Positions 37,711 through 51,700 of a DNA stretch of 64,000 nucleotides are shown in pieces. The notes under the pieces were generated by a model. That model made no database searches. It was not told the origin of the DNA and saw only the letters and a list, made by a program, of their open reading frames with translations. This stretch comes from Marsupella aquatica (taxonomy: Eukaryota > Plantae > Marchantiophyta). Both the position numbers and the translations under genes were made by a program. Numbering within the stretch: position 1 is the first letter of the stretch; every line of letters begins with the position of its first letter. Location: assembly GCA_973895155.1 (NCBI GenBank), contig OZ316891.1, forward strand, positions 27,379,561-27,443,560. Reading direction: 5' to 3'.

Positions 37711-40700
37711 ATGGAAGGGCTATTTCTAAGAATAGCCAGTGTTTTGCTCTTGTGTCTCTGCCTGTCTGTCGCTCCTGCGACAGGTGACAGATCTAGGCTC
37801 TTGCTGGTTCCGAAATCAGAAGTGGATGGCGCAACACAAGAGGCTGCGGCTTACGGAATCCTCAAACGTTTGCTTCCACGCCATGTGCCGTGTTTTGATC
37901 TTCGCATCGTGCCAGAGGTGCATAATTTCTTGTTTGCAAGCTATGGTCTCTTGTAGTTGTTCATACCTTTGGTCGACGAAAGGTTTTTAAGGCTTGGTAT
38001 TAAATATCCTTTTTATTGTCGCAGCCAAGTCTGTAGGCAAGAGTGTCGTGTAGCAATTTGCATTTCAAGAGCTTTTGTTCCCAAGAGACCAATATCAACT
38101 TTGAATCAAGAGTACATCGCGGGTTGGACTAACATTGATCTGAGCTGGCATGGCAGGAAGAGTGTGGTGGGAGCTCCTGCTTCCAAATTAGTAACTATCC
38201 CTCGAAAAGCAAAGGAGGATGCCCCGAAATCAGGTGATTATGGTCACTTCTATAATTACACATTCTAAAGAGTGAAACTGAAGCTGTAATCTGAAATCTC
38301 TTCGATTCATAATGTGGAGAAGTGGTTTCAGTTTAAGGAGTTTTCTAATGCATCACATTATCTCACTTTGAGGACATTTTATTATCGACCGATACTACTG
38401 AGTCTGCTGAAATTATGCTGTTACCATGCACACAACAAATCATACGGGGGATTTTATAAGCACTGATATGCACCTTGTATCCACCTTTCTGTGGGAAGAG
38501 TATGCTAAATTCTACTGCAGATGCTGTCCTTAACGTGAACATCTGTGCAGTATCTCAGGAACTTCAGGTGTAGAATTGTCTGCTGGTCTCTACTGGTATT
38601 TAAAGCGTTGGTGTGGAGCGCATGTGTCTTGGGAGAAAACTGGAGGTACACAGCTGAAGACAGTACCTGAACCAGGATATCTGCCACTGGTGAAATCCGA
38701 GGGCGTGCGAGTACTACGGGTTGCTCCGTGGAACTATTACCAAAACGTCGTCACTTCAAGTTGTAAGTTCGTACATAATTAACGTGGCTGAGTTGATCTG
38801 TTCTGTGGTTTACGTTCAGGCATGCTGACTTCACGGCTGTCACAACTGTCTGATTAAGAACTTTTCCTGTGGTTCAATGAACAGACTCGTTCGTGTGGTG
38901 GAACTGGGAGAGATGGGAGAAGGAAATCGACTGGATGGCCTTGCAGGGTGTCAACTTACCTCTTGCATTTACAGGGCAGGAGGCAATTTGGCAACGAGTT
39001 TTCCAGGTATCTTGTCAGAGATCTAGCTTGTCACCACTTAATCGAAGAAGCTCCGGTCTGGCGTCCACTGGCTGATTGTGGTGTAGAGCAAAGCAGATGT
39101 TTGTGGAGTTATTGGTCCCCATCTTTGTGCTGTGAATGTACTCGCTGCCATTGTAAGATGCCTTCGATATATTATCAAAACCTTCAGGTATCTTGTCAGA
39201 GATCTAGCTTGTCACCACTTAATCGAAGAAGCTCCGGTCTGGCGTCCACTGGCTGATTGTGGTGTAGAGCAAAGCAGATGTTTGTTTAGTTATTGGTCCC
39301 CATCTTTGTGCTGTGAATGTACTCGCTGCCATTGTAAGATGCCTTCGATATATTATCAAAACCTTCCTTCGATGTTGCTTAATACATAACTTTCTTGTCC
39401 TTAAATTGCCTCCAAATGTCAGATACCGGCTCATTTCCTCGGTTTGTTGACGAGTTTGGCAGACTCAGGTCTGCAGGATAGTTGTGTGAATAATTTGTGT
39501 GACGTTCTCACTGTACAGAATGGGCGATTCAATTTAAGTAAGAATGATCTAGACGATTATTTTGGTGGACCAGCGTTTCTTGCTTGGGCTCGTATGGGCA
39601 ATCTGCACGGGTAAGCGCGCTATTCGAACTTTTCTATCAGGGAGTTTAAGTTATCATTCGTTATTGGAGCGACCTGGAGGCTCAATAACTTTCAGGAACT
39701 GGATTTTTCCTGTGAAACATTATGCCCATTCTATCTAAAACATCTTGGTATGCAATAGGGTGTGACTGTTTTAACTAACAAATGATGATTTTTTTTTACT
39801 TTGATGCAACGAAATTTCCTCGATAATACAGCCCAATTAAAAGGTCACTCCGTGTAGATCTTTACGGATACCCAAACTTTGGATCTAGTAATTCCGGCAG
39901 TTCGTATACGCGTCCAAAGATCACTGTTTTATTCGTTGAGCTGTGCCTCCTACGTCTGTGAAATCTGCCGTTTTACATGATGAATTTTGGATCATTGTAG
40001 CTGGGGGGGTCCTCTGCCTCAGTCTTGGCTCGACCAGCAACTGCAATTGCAGCTACTGATACTTTCGCGCATGCGGGCTCTGGGCATGATCCCAGGTATC
40101 TGATGGCTGTGCAACTACTATACTTTAACTAAACTCGGTTGAGCCGTGGATTTGTAATTAGAATCATCTGTCGTCCGTTTTCAAGAATCTCGGAAGTGGG
40201 CCCGAGTTTCGATGAGCTCCTTCGTTGACACCTGAAAGCTGTGGATCATTTTCTTTCTTGCTAGATTGGATGTGGCTCTGAACGTTTCTCCTCACTTCCC
40301 TCTTTTCTTCTACAGTGTTGCCAGCCTTTTCTGGAAACGTACCGCCAGCACTACAAAACATATTTCCATCAGCTAAGATCACACGACTTGGTGACTGGTG
40401 AGTCTCTTTTCATCGCAAAGTTGAACTTCCTTTTGCATGTCAGCGATTGTTATTGTTTAGAAATACCGACGGTGATCCCGTTATGTTTTACTGCGGTGGC
40501 CAGGAATAAGTTTTCCAATGGCTTGGCATGTGAACTAGGAACACTGTAGATGGTGATACTCGATGGTGCTGTACATATCTACTTGACCCTACGGACCCAC
40601 TATTCGTGGAATTAGGGAAAGCTTTTGTTGAACAGCAGATCAAAGGTAATATTTATTAGAAGAATCTTCAAGCTAATTTGTAAACAAAGTTTTGTACAAC

Positions 40701-43700
40701 ATAGCTTTTCTCACTTTAGCTATGCCTGAGATTTCTTGATTGGAAGTTGGAATGAAACCTGAATTCTATTCTTCTCGGTGTGCTGAATTTTGGACAGAGG
40801 TCCCGGGTTTGTCAACACTATAGAAAGTTACTTACATGTCAAAGTTGGTCAGAAGTTATCTATTTTGGATTTGTGGAGCTTTGTCGTTTATTGTGCACTA
40901 GTTTTGACCGTCAGGTCAGCTTAGCTACTGCAAATGCCGCCGCTGATTCTCTTTCCTCTGTTGTTGAATATGCAGAATATGGTGGAACACAGCATATTTA
41001 CAATTGGTTTGTGAAAACACATTGTCGAACTGATTGCATATGGAGGGCTCTGTTATTTTCTGGTCTTTATCACACACTTCTTGGTTGACAAAGACTAAAA
41101 GAAGTAGTAGGGGTTTGCTGTTTTCAGTTGAGTCGGCATTTGTTTTTTTCCCTAATATTGGATTTTGCTACCCGTCCGGTGATTGACTTGTCGAATTGTT
41201 TGTTCAGTGACACTTTCAATGAGAATACACCACCGACAGATGATCCCTCCTATATATCTACGCTTGGAGCAGCAGTTTATGAGGCCATGAGTGCTGGTGA
41301 CAGTCAAGCAGTATGGCTTATGCAGGTACGTTCTTAAAGATAAGTTTGGTATCGTGCAGATTCATTCTTAAAAAACTAAGGGGATGCGCCCACAGTGTGC
41401 CCTTGACGATGTTCCGATCCCTTTTATGATGAACATGACTTTAAGAACGGCGTATGATCGTGTGATTCACAACGAAAGCCCATCATGGTTTGCAAACTTG
41501 ACTTCATGATTTGTTATTTGAGGTATGAGTTGAGCTGTTTTGTGATTTAAATCAGTGCTAAGACGACATTGTTATCATGACTCATCTAGGGTTGGCTATT
41601 TTCAACCGATGACTGGTTCTGGAAGCCTCCTCAGACACAGGTCAGTCTATCTGCTGTGTGAAGTTTTATCCTCAGCCTAGCTGTTCCCTGTATGAGAGTA
41701 ATGCATTTTCAAAGACAGCTCATAGAGGCCTGATTCATTTCCAAGGATACATAAGAATATCATCCAAAATGAAGTTATTGTCTCCATCGTGGGGAGTCTC
41801 TTCCGACATTTTCCAGCAATTAGAAGTGGGGCTCGCTCACATACAAATATACTCATTTCCAGTGTTGGAGGGGATTGAAGGCAAATGACCTGAGTTGCCG
41901 TGTATCATAGACTGTTTGCTTTTGCTTCTTTTTATAGGCACTTCTACATTCTGTTCCAGTTGGGAAGATGGTGGTGCTGGATTTGTTTGCGGAAGTGAAA
42001 CCTGTGTGGCAACGATCAAATCACTTCTATGGGGTCCCTTATATTTGGTAGATATCATGTCTTGTGCTTACTTTTGGGTTGAGGTATCCAGTTACAGGTA
42101 CTAGATATTTCTAGCATTGTATTCATTTCTAGAATATGTTGATTTGTGGAGTGCTTGTTTGCAAAAGTTTAGATGCCTAATGCTGGGGCAACCGCGCACT
42201 TGGTGAAAATGTCAATTATTTTCAATGCCCAGTTTCGCCAAGCCTAATTTGTTTCTTTTCATCCACAGGTGTATGCTGCATAATTTCGGTGGAAATGTGG
42301 AGATGTATGGAAGACTCGATACACTCGGGGTAGGCCCCATTGAGGCATTAAGAAGTCCAAATTCAACCATGGTAGGCGGCTGAATTACTCCACTATCTTT
42401 CTCGGTCATCATTTTTAGTGATTGTGTTTCCCCTCTTTCATGCAAACAAGGTGATGGAAGTTGGCTTAACTGCATAAATTTAAGTGCAACATATTAATTT
42501 ATCCTGTGGGATTAAAGGTTGGCGTTGGGACCTGTATGGAAGGCATCGAGCAGAACCCAGTGGTATACGAGCTCATGGGAGAGATGTCTTTTCAGAACCA
42601 GCCCGTGCAAATGGAGGTAAGCTGTACAAAGCTTTAAGTTTCTAAGTGTGCACTGTTCACAGTATCTGGAAAGGTTTTGCGGTCAACTCAAGTATTCAGA
42701 GTTCCTGAAGGTTTCCAGGAGATTGACTTATTTAACCCTTGGAATTGTTGTAAAGAGGAATATTTTTGAAGCGTTCAAATTAGCAGCTGCGTCGCTCAGA
42801 TCGCCAGATTTAACATTGGGAAGGGGCGTAGATATTACATAGCTGTAACCTCTTCGAAGTTAGGTGATAATTATTTTGCTCTTGAAAAGTGAATATTATT
42901 AACGGTGATGCAGCGTGGTAGAGCTGGTTGATTGCAATCTGCCAAAGTTGTTCGTGCAAACATGAAATGAAGCTGCTTTGTTCTCTTCTGGCTCCAGGGT
43001 TGGGTCGCAGACTACTCCACAAGACGTTATGGCAAAACTGCAGATGGGGCACAAGCAGCGTGGGAAATATTGCACAGGTCTATCTATAATTGCGGTGATG
43101 GTATTGCTGTAAGTAAAGGCACTCTTTCCAGGGGACATGATACAATCCAGGATTCCTCTCTAAAAAATACGTTCGAAATGAAGCTGCCATCCGCATATTA
43201 AACACATTCTCTTAACAAAAACACATTCATCATCTTTTCCTCAAGTCCATGTTCCCCTTTTGCGCGTCTCTCTCTTTGTGCTTGTGTGTGGCATTCTATT
43301 TTCTCAAAAAGAGCTCGTCTCTCATGAACTTGCCAGGATCACAATGGAGATGTGATCGTGGAGTTCCCTGATGTATATCCATCAGAAGGTCCACTGTCCA
43401 GACCAGGCAACAACGCGGAACAGCAAAACAGACGGGATTCAAGGAGTGGAATGCGTATGTTTGAACTCACTAACAGGACTGTAAATCTTTTGGGCCACAC
43501 ACCACATCTGTGGTATTCTCCTAGTGACGCTGTGGAAGCACTTGGCCTGTTATTGTCATCTGCAGATGAGCTTGGCCTTGAAAACACTTACAGGTACGTT
43601 AATTACACTTTTGCTGTCGCCCGTTAATTAGTAACAATTAAAAATGGAATTTGATGGTCTCCTTGGTAAGCTGATGTAGTCCACAACATCACACAAAACT

Positions 43701-45372
43701 GTCATGAAGTTACGTGCTGCTTTGGCAAGCGAAAGGCACAAGTTCTATTAGCAAATCCCACTTAGTATCCGAGTCACTAGTTGGTATTAACGTTTTCTGA
43801 GCTATACGGCAGTTAATTATCCATTCCCAAGTTCCAATCGTAGTTCAAACCATATCCTCTTCTGACCATTGGTTACCTTTGTTCCTTGCTCTAAACTTGA
43901 GGCGCAAACTAGATTTGTCAGCTGACCTTTGCTTCCATGGACTGGCAGATATGATCTTGTAGATTTGACTCGGCAAGTACTGTCAAAGCTGGCAAATGAG
44001 TGGCATGCCCAGCTTTTAGCTGCGTTTCAACTTGGAAATGTTGAAGAAGTACATACACTTGGAGTGAAGTTCTTAGACCTCCTGGCAGACATGGAGATCG
44101 TGCTTGCGTCTTGTGATGGTTTTCTTCTTGGCCCATGGTTGGAAAGTGCCAAGCTACTCTCAACAAACGAGGAGGAGAAACAGTTGGTAGGTTTGCTGAT
44201 TTCGTGCTGGTTTTCGTATATGTTAAAGTTCTCGGATGTGATCAGTTGATGGATGAAAAGAGCGCTGCATTGCACTTATATTGAACACGCCAGAGGTACC
44301 TCTGGAGGCAAGGAGGGATGTCCAGAAGTTGAAAGACCTCATGAGATCTCACAGGAATATGCTTGTTCTGTTTTTTGCATGCATGCTTAGAGCTGGATTT
44401 TAACAGCGAAGGAGATCTGTGTTGCTCTGTATTTTGATTTTGGTGATTTTCTAAAATATTGCTCATGTTTGTCACAGTATGAGTGGAATGCACGGACTCA
44501 AATCACTATGTGGTTCGACAACACTAAGGATCAACCAAGTCCTCTTCATGACTATGGTGCGCTCACTCGAGGCAAAGTGGATATATGTTGAAATCAAAAT
44601 CCTCATGTCATCAGCTTTTGTCGTCCATATTCTAAGTGGTCTATTTTCTGTCTAAGACGGACCATACATCCCGTTCTTCTGTGCCCTTTCCCATGAGCAG
44701 TTCTCCACCTCTGCTTCTTTCGCTACCTTGTCTGTTTGATATGTTTTTATACAACTAGAATCATGCTCTGCCCATTCTCATGAACACTTTTCCACCTCTA
44801 TTTGCTGGAACCTGATATCCTGCACTCGCTGTCTTGCACTCGCTGTCTTGCACTCGCTGTCTTGTATGTGGTAGGTGTTTTCTCAACGTCCCAAAGAGTA
44901 TACTTTCCACCTCTTGTACATTCTGTTCATTCGCATGAGGAATCCTTCGGCTCTGTTTCTGTGGCACTAGTTATCTGTCTATGGAGGATTTTATGTGTAA
45001 CTGGGGAAAGTCCTTCCCTTTTCTTTGCGTTGGAAGCTTCTTTAATGACAGCTTACGGTCCTTGTTTATTAATTGATGGCAGCGAACAAGATGTGGAGTG
45101 GACTCCTGAAAGACTATTATCTTCCACGAGCTTCCCTATACGTAAGCTTACTGCAAGCATCTGTGGAATCAAATGCTACCTTTCCCTTTGATCTGTGGCG
45201 TGAACAGTGGATATTGCTCACGAATGACTGGCAAGTGGCAAAAAACAACTATCCTGTGAAAGCTGTCGGTGAAACTATCGAAATCGTTGACAACCTATAC
45301 TGCAAGTACAAAGACTTGGCTAGTTCTTGGTCCATCCTAACTGGTGTGACGCAAGGACATTTATACACGTAA
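37711..45372 (+). CDS. NAGLU: Alpha-N-acetylglucosaminidase (glycoside hydrolase family 89), about 19 exons
   Basis: Signal peptide [23 protein letters not shown] (alternative ATG at 37654). Exons about 37711-37917, 38157-38233, 38551-38762, 38886-39006, 39519-39610, 40001-40095, 40316-40397, 40540-40646, 40976-41005, 41208-41325, 41590-41640, 41938-42047, 42269-42371, 42518-42616, 42998-43108, 43337-43593, 43949-44186, 44479-44536, 45082-45372. Motifs: [43 protein letters not shown]; [20 protein letters not shown]; [10 protein letters not shown]; DTFNENTPP; [10 protein letters not shown]; [14 protein letters not shown]; [11 protein letters not shown]; [12 protein letters not shown]; [17 protein letters not shown]. 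Confidence 0.94.
39004..39366. repeat. Near-perfect 181-bp tandem duplication at the start of NAGLU intron 4, including the 5' splice site
   Basis: cag|gtatcttgtcagagatctagcttgtcaccac...gccttcgatatattatcaaaaccttc, with GT at 39007 and again at 39188. Confidence 0.95.
44821..44864. repeat. 14-bp minisatellite x3 (tgcactcgctgtct) in the last NAGLU intron
   Basis: Seen directly. Confidence 0.9.
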
Positions 45373-47617
45373 GCAGTATGTGGTTTTGCATGTTATTGAC
45401 GAGTTTAAAATTGTAAAATAAAATCGATTTAATTTGATCACGATATCCAATTTGAAATGTATGGTGTGTAGCATGACCCTGGAAATTTTTGGATTTGAAA
45501 CCCAGCAAGCATTGTTGTTGTTGTGCGCATTACTCCTCTTGCAATATATGCCTGGCCTGGGTTGGGTTGGAGTTCGATTAGTTCGAGTTAGAGTGGGTGA
45601 CTTATCCCGCAACCACATTTTCTTGCGTAGTTCCATGGCTTCCTGTTGAACAAGTTTCAGCTACAAAACCAGGCCTCCAATTTTTGTTAACCTTGCATTC
45701 CATATCTATTCAAAAGTGTTTGGGGTGAATCATCGGTGCAGAGATCAGAGCTTTGCCTCATCTAACTGGTGAACTGAATATCACAACCAGGTTGCTAATG
45801 GAAATTCTCGTGACATCTGCGTAGTTGTAAAGAGAAATCATCTTCTACTGCCTTGGTCAGGCGAATTGAAAGAATTCGCAAATCATTAGTTATCCTCATC
45901 TTAATGTTGCTGATTTCTGATGCTACTCGTCTCCTTTCCGAATGCTTTCCCTTTTGGTTCTGGCACCGGTGGCCTTCACTCAGATGGCTAGTTTTTGGGT
46001 CGTCCCATAGCTCGATCCCTCGTGTGGAAGCTCAAAATCTTGGGCCTCTGTTTTTTAATAAATATACCTTTCAAGGAAAAAATATGGCTTTTGGCAATGT
46101 TCACATAAATTTGGTGCATGCTGAAAGTGATTTTGGGGAATCGGAAGGTCGTAATTTCTCCGTGCAATGAATTCAATTGACTCTGGAGTTACTTGTGCCA
46201 CGCCAGAAAGATTGTGTGGATTGCACATGAATTCTTGTGTGCTGTGCACTTGTCTGCTTCTTCGATTCATTTTGGAACCGCTGATTTTGTGCAGTCAGGG
46301 CTACACCTGATGCAGACACAATTGATGAAAGCAATTGCTGCTGCTTTGTTGACAGTGGTTGTGATGATTAGTTGAGGTTGTTTCGCTCTTGAATTTCCCG
46401 AATCGACTGTATCAAAACGTGATTCCCAACAATTACGCTAGGACTTCTGACAAACTCTTCCTAGATTTCATTTCTCTGCGAAACAAACAAGAGGTTGCAG
46501 TACTGGATGTAAGGAGGTGCAAGAAAGACCCCATTATAACAACAAATTACACGCTTCTATACAGGCAATCAAGTTATTTCAGCTGAAAAAAGCTCCTAGT
46601 GTCTAAGACTTAGAAACTAAGGACACTAGCAATCCAGCTGAAACTTCTTATTTGTCACAGATTTCACTATCAAACGCTTAAGACGTGTCAAGGTGTCGTA
46701 ACATGAATAGAATCCAAACCTCAGGCGCTTTACACGAATTGGTCAGGCGCTATCACGAAGAGAGCGATAAAGCACAACCGCATACCTCGAACTTCTGATA
46801 TAAAGTGAAAGCTGCTGACCTCGCTCAGCAGGAACCCGATGTTGAAGGAGAATATCAGGGCAGCCAACTTTGTTGACATTGTGGACACGAGGACCCAACC
46901 AACCACCCACGTTCAATGATGAACTCCGCTGCCATGCTTCAGAAAGTATCGACCGAAAGCAAAATATCAATTAAGATGGGCGTTGGTTCATAAAACTAAA
47001 AGCTACGCAGACACGAGGACAGAGACCACTGATGTCGACAGTGTCCGAATGAATGACAACAAGACACCTTGAACTGAACTACAACTACTGATATTGAAAG
47101 CAACTCATGCGCATTAAATGAAACTTTTTAGGATGCACTTCTACGTTATCCGTCAGTCAGAAATAGCAATGTCCGCTGCAGCTCTTTTAAATCAGATATT
47201 CACTGCTGACACAAATCTGCTGCCGACTTTCTTGAATGCAATCTGGATTGAAATGCTAGTATGGGCGGTCTTTAAAAGCTGTGTCTATTATGAAACGAAG
47301 GGACCGATAATAGAAGGCAACCTTGAATTGATCAGTGCATGGTACGCTTACTCAGGTAGTAGAAGTAGATATACATGAGAGAGGAGGGGACTTGCTGTCC
47401 ATTAACGCTCCACCAGGTCACTGAAAGATCACCCTGGTACTTAGTTTTTTCCAATATTCACACCAGTGATGCTTCACCTTCATTGTTCACTGCTGATTGG
47501 ATTTCAGTCTAATTGCGAAGTTTAGGAGTCAGTAGCCCATTTCCTTCCTTATTCAAACAATCCCAACAAAGTCATGCTTGACATGCACTACAAATAAAAC
47601 AAAGTGTGTTATCGAAT

Positions 47618-47711
47618 GATAGTCCCTCACAATTTCTTATGTTCTACCATGGATCCCATCCTATTGAGAGATAGTCCCTCACAATTCCCTATATCCTGCT
47701 ATGGATCCCAT
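47618..47711. repeat. Diverged tandem duplication, about 52-bp unit
   Basis: gatagtccctcacaatt...tat...ct..atggatcccat occurs twice. Confidence 0.85.
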
Positions 47712-48786
47712 GTGATGAAGTTCGTCGAGTTGTTGGAGCAATGTCCGAATGCCTGAGTTTGAAGTCATTGTAGAGAACAGATTACTCTCCGCTAGTTTGT
47801 GCTTCAAGACTTAATAGACTAAACAAATTCGACAAACTACAAACTGAAATGTGTACTCTCTCTAGTGTCCACCACAATTGATAATTTGAACGTTGTAAAC
47901 AACAATTTAAGTGACTTCAGGGTCATGTTGATTGCATCTCCGTACTTTTGGTCAATTATCTCATAACCATTTCAATCACTTTGCAAGGGGTATTGACATT
48001 TGTGGTCATTTCGGTTTCTTCATAGCGGTCAAACAATTTCGATGCTTTTGCAATCGTTGGGGACCCTCAAGTTGTTGAACTTTATTTGCACTTGATCCTT
48101 CGCTTGGGGTAGTAAAGGGTGAGTTTTCCTATGAGTGCACTTGCTCTCTCGATTGGGGAAGTAGTGGGGTCAGTTTTCGTATGAGTAGAGTACAACTCAT
48201 TTCCACTCATTTCTCACAAGATTCGGGGTTTCGCTTGTAAAGGTTGTAAATATACTATTTAGAAGATCAAGGTGGAACTTCAAGAGTCCATAGTAATAAC
48301 CAAGGACAATGATTATATATAATAAAAAATAGATAGACAAAGGACAGATAATTCCTTGTTCTTAGTGTCATGTACCTTTATATGTTATTTGTCAAGGAAG
48401 CATCGAAATCATGAGCAATTGTATTTGCGCCACATAACACTTCCACACTTCACGTGCTCGGTTTGCCAAGAGAACATACAATTGCACTTTGTTTTGCTAG
48501 AAATAAAGCGCATGTAAGTGCATCCAGCATGCCTAAAAGTGCATGCTGTCTTGCATTTACATAACACCTCCGAGCAAGTAACAAACCAAGAAAGACAGAA
48601 GTAGGGATTCTTCTACTTTTGCAAATTGTGGTTTATTGGATGACAAAAGCCACCTTAGAGGGGCTTAATGGAAAGGAATGGTGAAGACAATCAGTCCAAG
48701 GGTGGTGTAAGGTGGTTAAATTAAGCCAATGGATGCGAAACCCTAGTTTGAGTTCATGTCATTGGATTCTAAACCTTGAAGCTCTC

Positions 48787-51700
48787 TCATATATTCATAA
48801 TATCTTGATCTAAATTAAGCGACTGAATTTTCTGCGCAAAACAAAAAGCAACATGTATTGTTTTGAGATTAGCATAACATCACCATCACAAATGGTTTCA
48901 AAATAAAACTTCGAAAGTATTTTGCACACAGAAGCTCAAATGAAATCTATGCCAGAATGCTATTCATTGTACATGACTGTCCGTGCCAGAAATGCTATTC
49001 ATATACATGGTGGCTTATATGTAGGTACTAGAAAAACACAACCAACCCAGTTCTAGGGAACCACCCTTACCTCAATAAATTGATGACAAGTATCCAACGA
49101 AGTGGAGCCAATTATGACCTCTCGCTTAAGTTGATCCGTCAGCTTATGCGCCACACGTAGCTGCATGCAATCAAACAACCTCAAGGGTAAGCATTCTCTG
49201 AGTTTCCTATCACATGCTGTAAGTTGATAATCGTGCATCTCAAACCAACAGATGGGAACTAATTTGAGAATCGCAATGGGACATAACGAACCTCAGAATG
49301 CGTCATGCCACCAATGATGAACACAAATATTCGCTTTCCCAAAATCTTGGAACCACTTCCGTTTGTGTGGCTTCTCACGCTTGACCCACTCGACACGCTC
49401 AAGTCACTGATGTCAAAAATACGAGAGAAGAATGCATGGAAACTTTTAGCTCGAACAGCGACTTCATTGGTGGATTGAGAGTCTTGGTATCGGGGTAGAG
49501 AGTACGACATGACCAAATGACAGCAGGGAGCCATGAGAGGTCATTTCCAAATTGCTCCAAACTCATAAAACTCATCACTGTGCATGAATGATATCGAATG
49601 CTTTTGAAGGAGGACTCACCTGAAAGACAGCGATTCCTCTGATGATTGAGACGAATGAGACTTCTGTGCCCAAGTACCAGTAGTTCTTCTTGATCGCGCG
49701 CTTTGGGCAGGTTGCCTTCCTGATGCAGTTGCGCTTGGATCTGAGGACCTGTCACCTGAGTCTTGAGATGGAGGGCGGAGATATGGGTAATCAGTCTTCG
49801 AGAGTTTGCCTTCCGCCAGTTCCTCCAATACGTCCTGGGGTGAATATCGAGTTCAGTAAGCAATTATAACTATAGGTACTGTGATGCTCTATTTAAGCAA
49901 CATGGGGTCAAGATAACTCCATCAACCTGGGTGTATGCAGATATTCAGGGGCAATTTCAAGACTATGCGTCGTTCACTGTGAATAAAGGAATAAGCATGA
50001 TTGATCTTTCTGGTAAAAACGCAACATGTTCGGGCCACCTGAATAGCTGGGGCAAACTTCGACAACTGCCAAGCACCTTCCTCGAGTTCCTTCTCCTTTC
50101 TCAAACCTTGCTTTCCCTGCAATAACCAATAGAGTCCAGTCTGAACAGTTGATTCCTGCAATTCTTATACCAAAAGATCTTACAGATATTATCAAGGAAC
50201 TAGTCAAAATGAATAAGATACGTTCAACAAATTGAGTCCAAAGCCCAGTCCATACCATTCCACGACTCCCAAATTTGAGGGCAAAATGATTCCCTTTTTT
50301 CTCCTTCGCTGAACCCACTCCCAAGTAATGCAGGTTAGACACTGCTTCGGCGTCTTCTTCAGTTAATCTTGCTAACTGCAAGCACAAAGGATACTGTCAT
50401 CCGCCAAATTCTTAAGGTAATAGATACCAAGGCAGAACTAATTAATAATCTCTATCGCACTAGCTGTCACGGGGCTGAGAAATGATGAATAACTCCTCCA
50501 AAAGAGCTTGAAGGAAGCTCTGATAATATTGCTTAAAAAATTCCAATTTCGCATGCTGTGAGTTTTAAGCTCAAGCCAATTCACGATTGTTCTGGGAACG
50601 TGGTCCACCTTTATCCACTGTGCTAGCTTATTGCCCTCCATTTTGTCCGGGTAGCTCGACCCAAAGATCATAAGAAGCCGGATCTTGTTTGCTATACTCA
50701 AATCCTGCAGAAGAAGGAAAAAGTCAATCTGAGATTCTTTTTGGATAAGCGTTCAAAAAGTAATCTTGCCATGATTGAGAACATTCCCAGACAAGAACAG
50801 GACGTACCAGCTCTTAATTAAATAACTATTGTTTGAAAGGTCAGAACAATTTTACGGTTTACCTCTGCCACCCAAAATGATCTATATTGATTGAAATCTT
50901 ACCATTCAAGATCAGTTTTCTGCGCTCTTTTGAAATTGCCATCCAGTGAGCAGTTTGGTAGTTGTGATTAGAATTACAGAAAGACAAATTGTGTAACGAT
51001 TAGGACTAACTCTGATGAGTTTCCACTTGCCTGTCTGTTGGAGAGAATGTTAATCAAGTCCTTACTGGTAGCATCCCCATACACAAAGTCTTGTTCCAGC
51101 TTGCCAACTTCACTGAGCCCGTCTTTCTGAATTATATCATTCAGTGAAGTTGCAATCTGTGATCGACAAATGGCAAAATATAGATGAGACACTACCATAG
51201 TTCGACATATCTTCAGTCAGGAAAATTAGGTCTGCTTTGAGTTGTAATGTCATGCCATACACTCCACGATAATTGCTGTGCGGGACTGATACAAGAGGTG
51301 AACGAGAGCTCTTTGCATGTCAAGAAAGAGGGACGAGAGACTCTTATTAATCAACAGAATTTCATCGAAAATCCACTCCAACAGTGTCGTAAAACATGAA
51401 AGTGTTTTAAGAAGGCAAGATGGGATGGCGTCATGATTAGAAGTTTGTAAGTTGGTTGACTCAAGGATTCCATTGAAAAAGGACGGGATATAGATGCACT
51501 TCTTGATGGACTGAAACGAAGGCGAGCTCTATGTTCAGCCCAGTTGAAAGCTCTTACATTAACATGCAAGCTCAGCTTTTCGAGCTCATCGTGATACTGT
51601 GGAAGAGCCTGAACTAGTTTTTGCATATCCCGTGTCGACAAACTTTCCTTCGCACTACAGACCATCGAAGAAACGTTGCAAAATTAGTGGACAGATTTGG

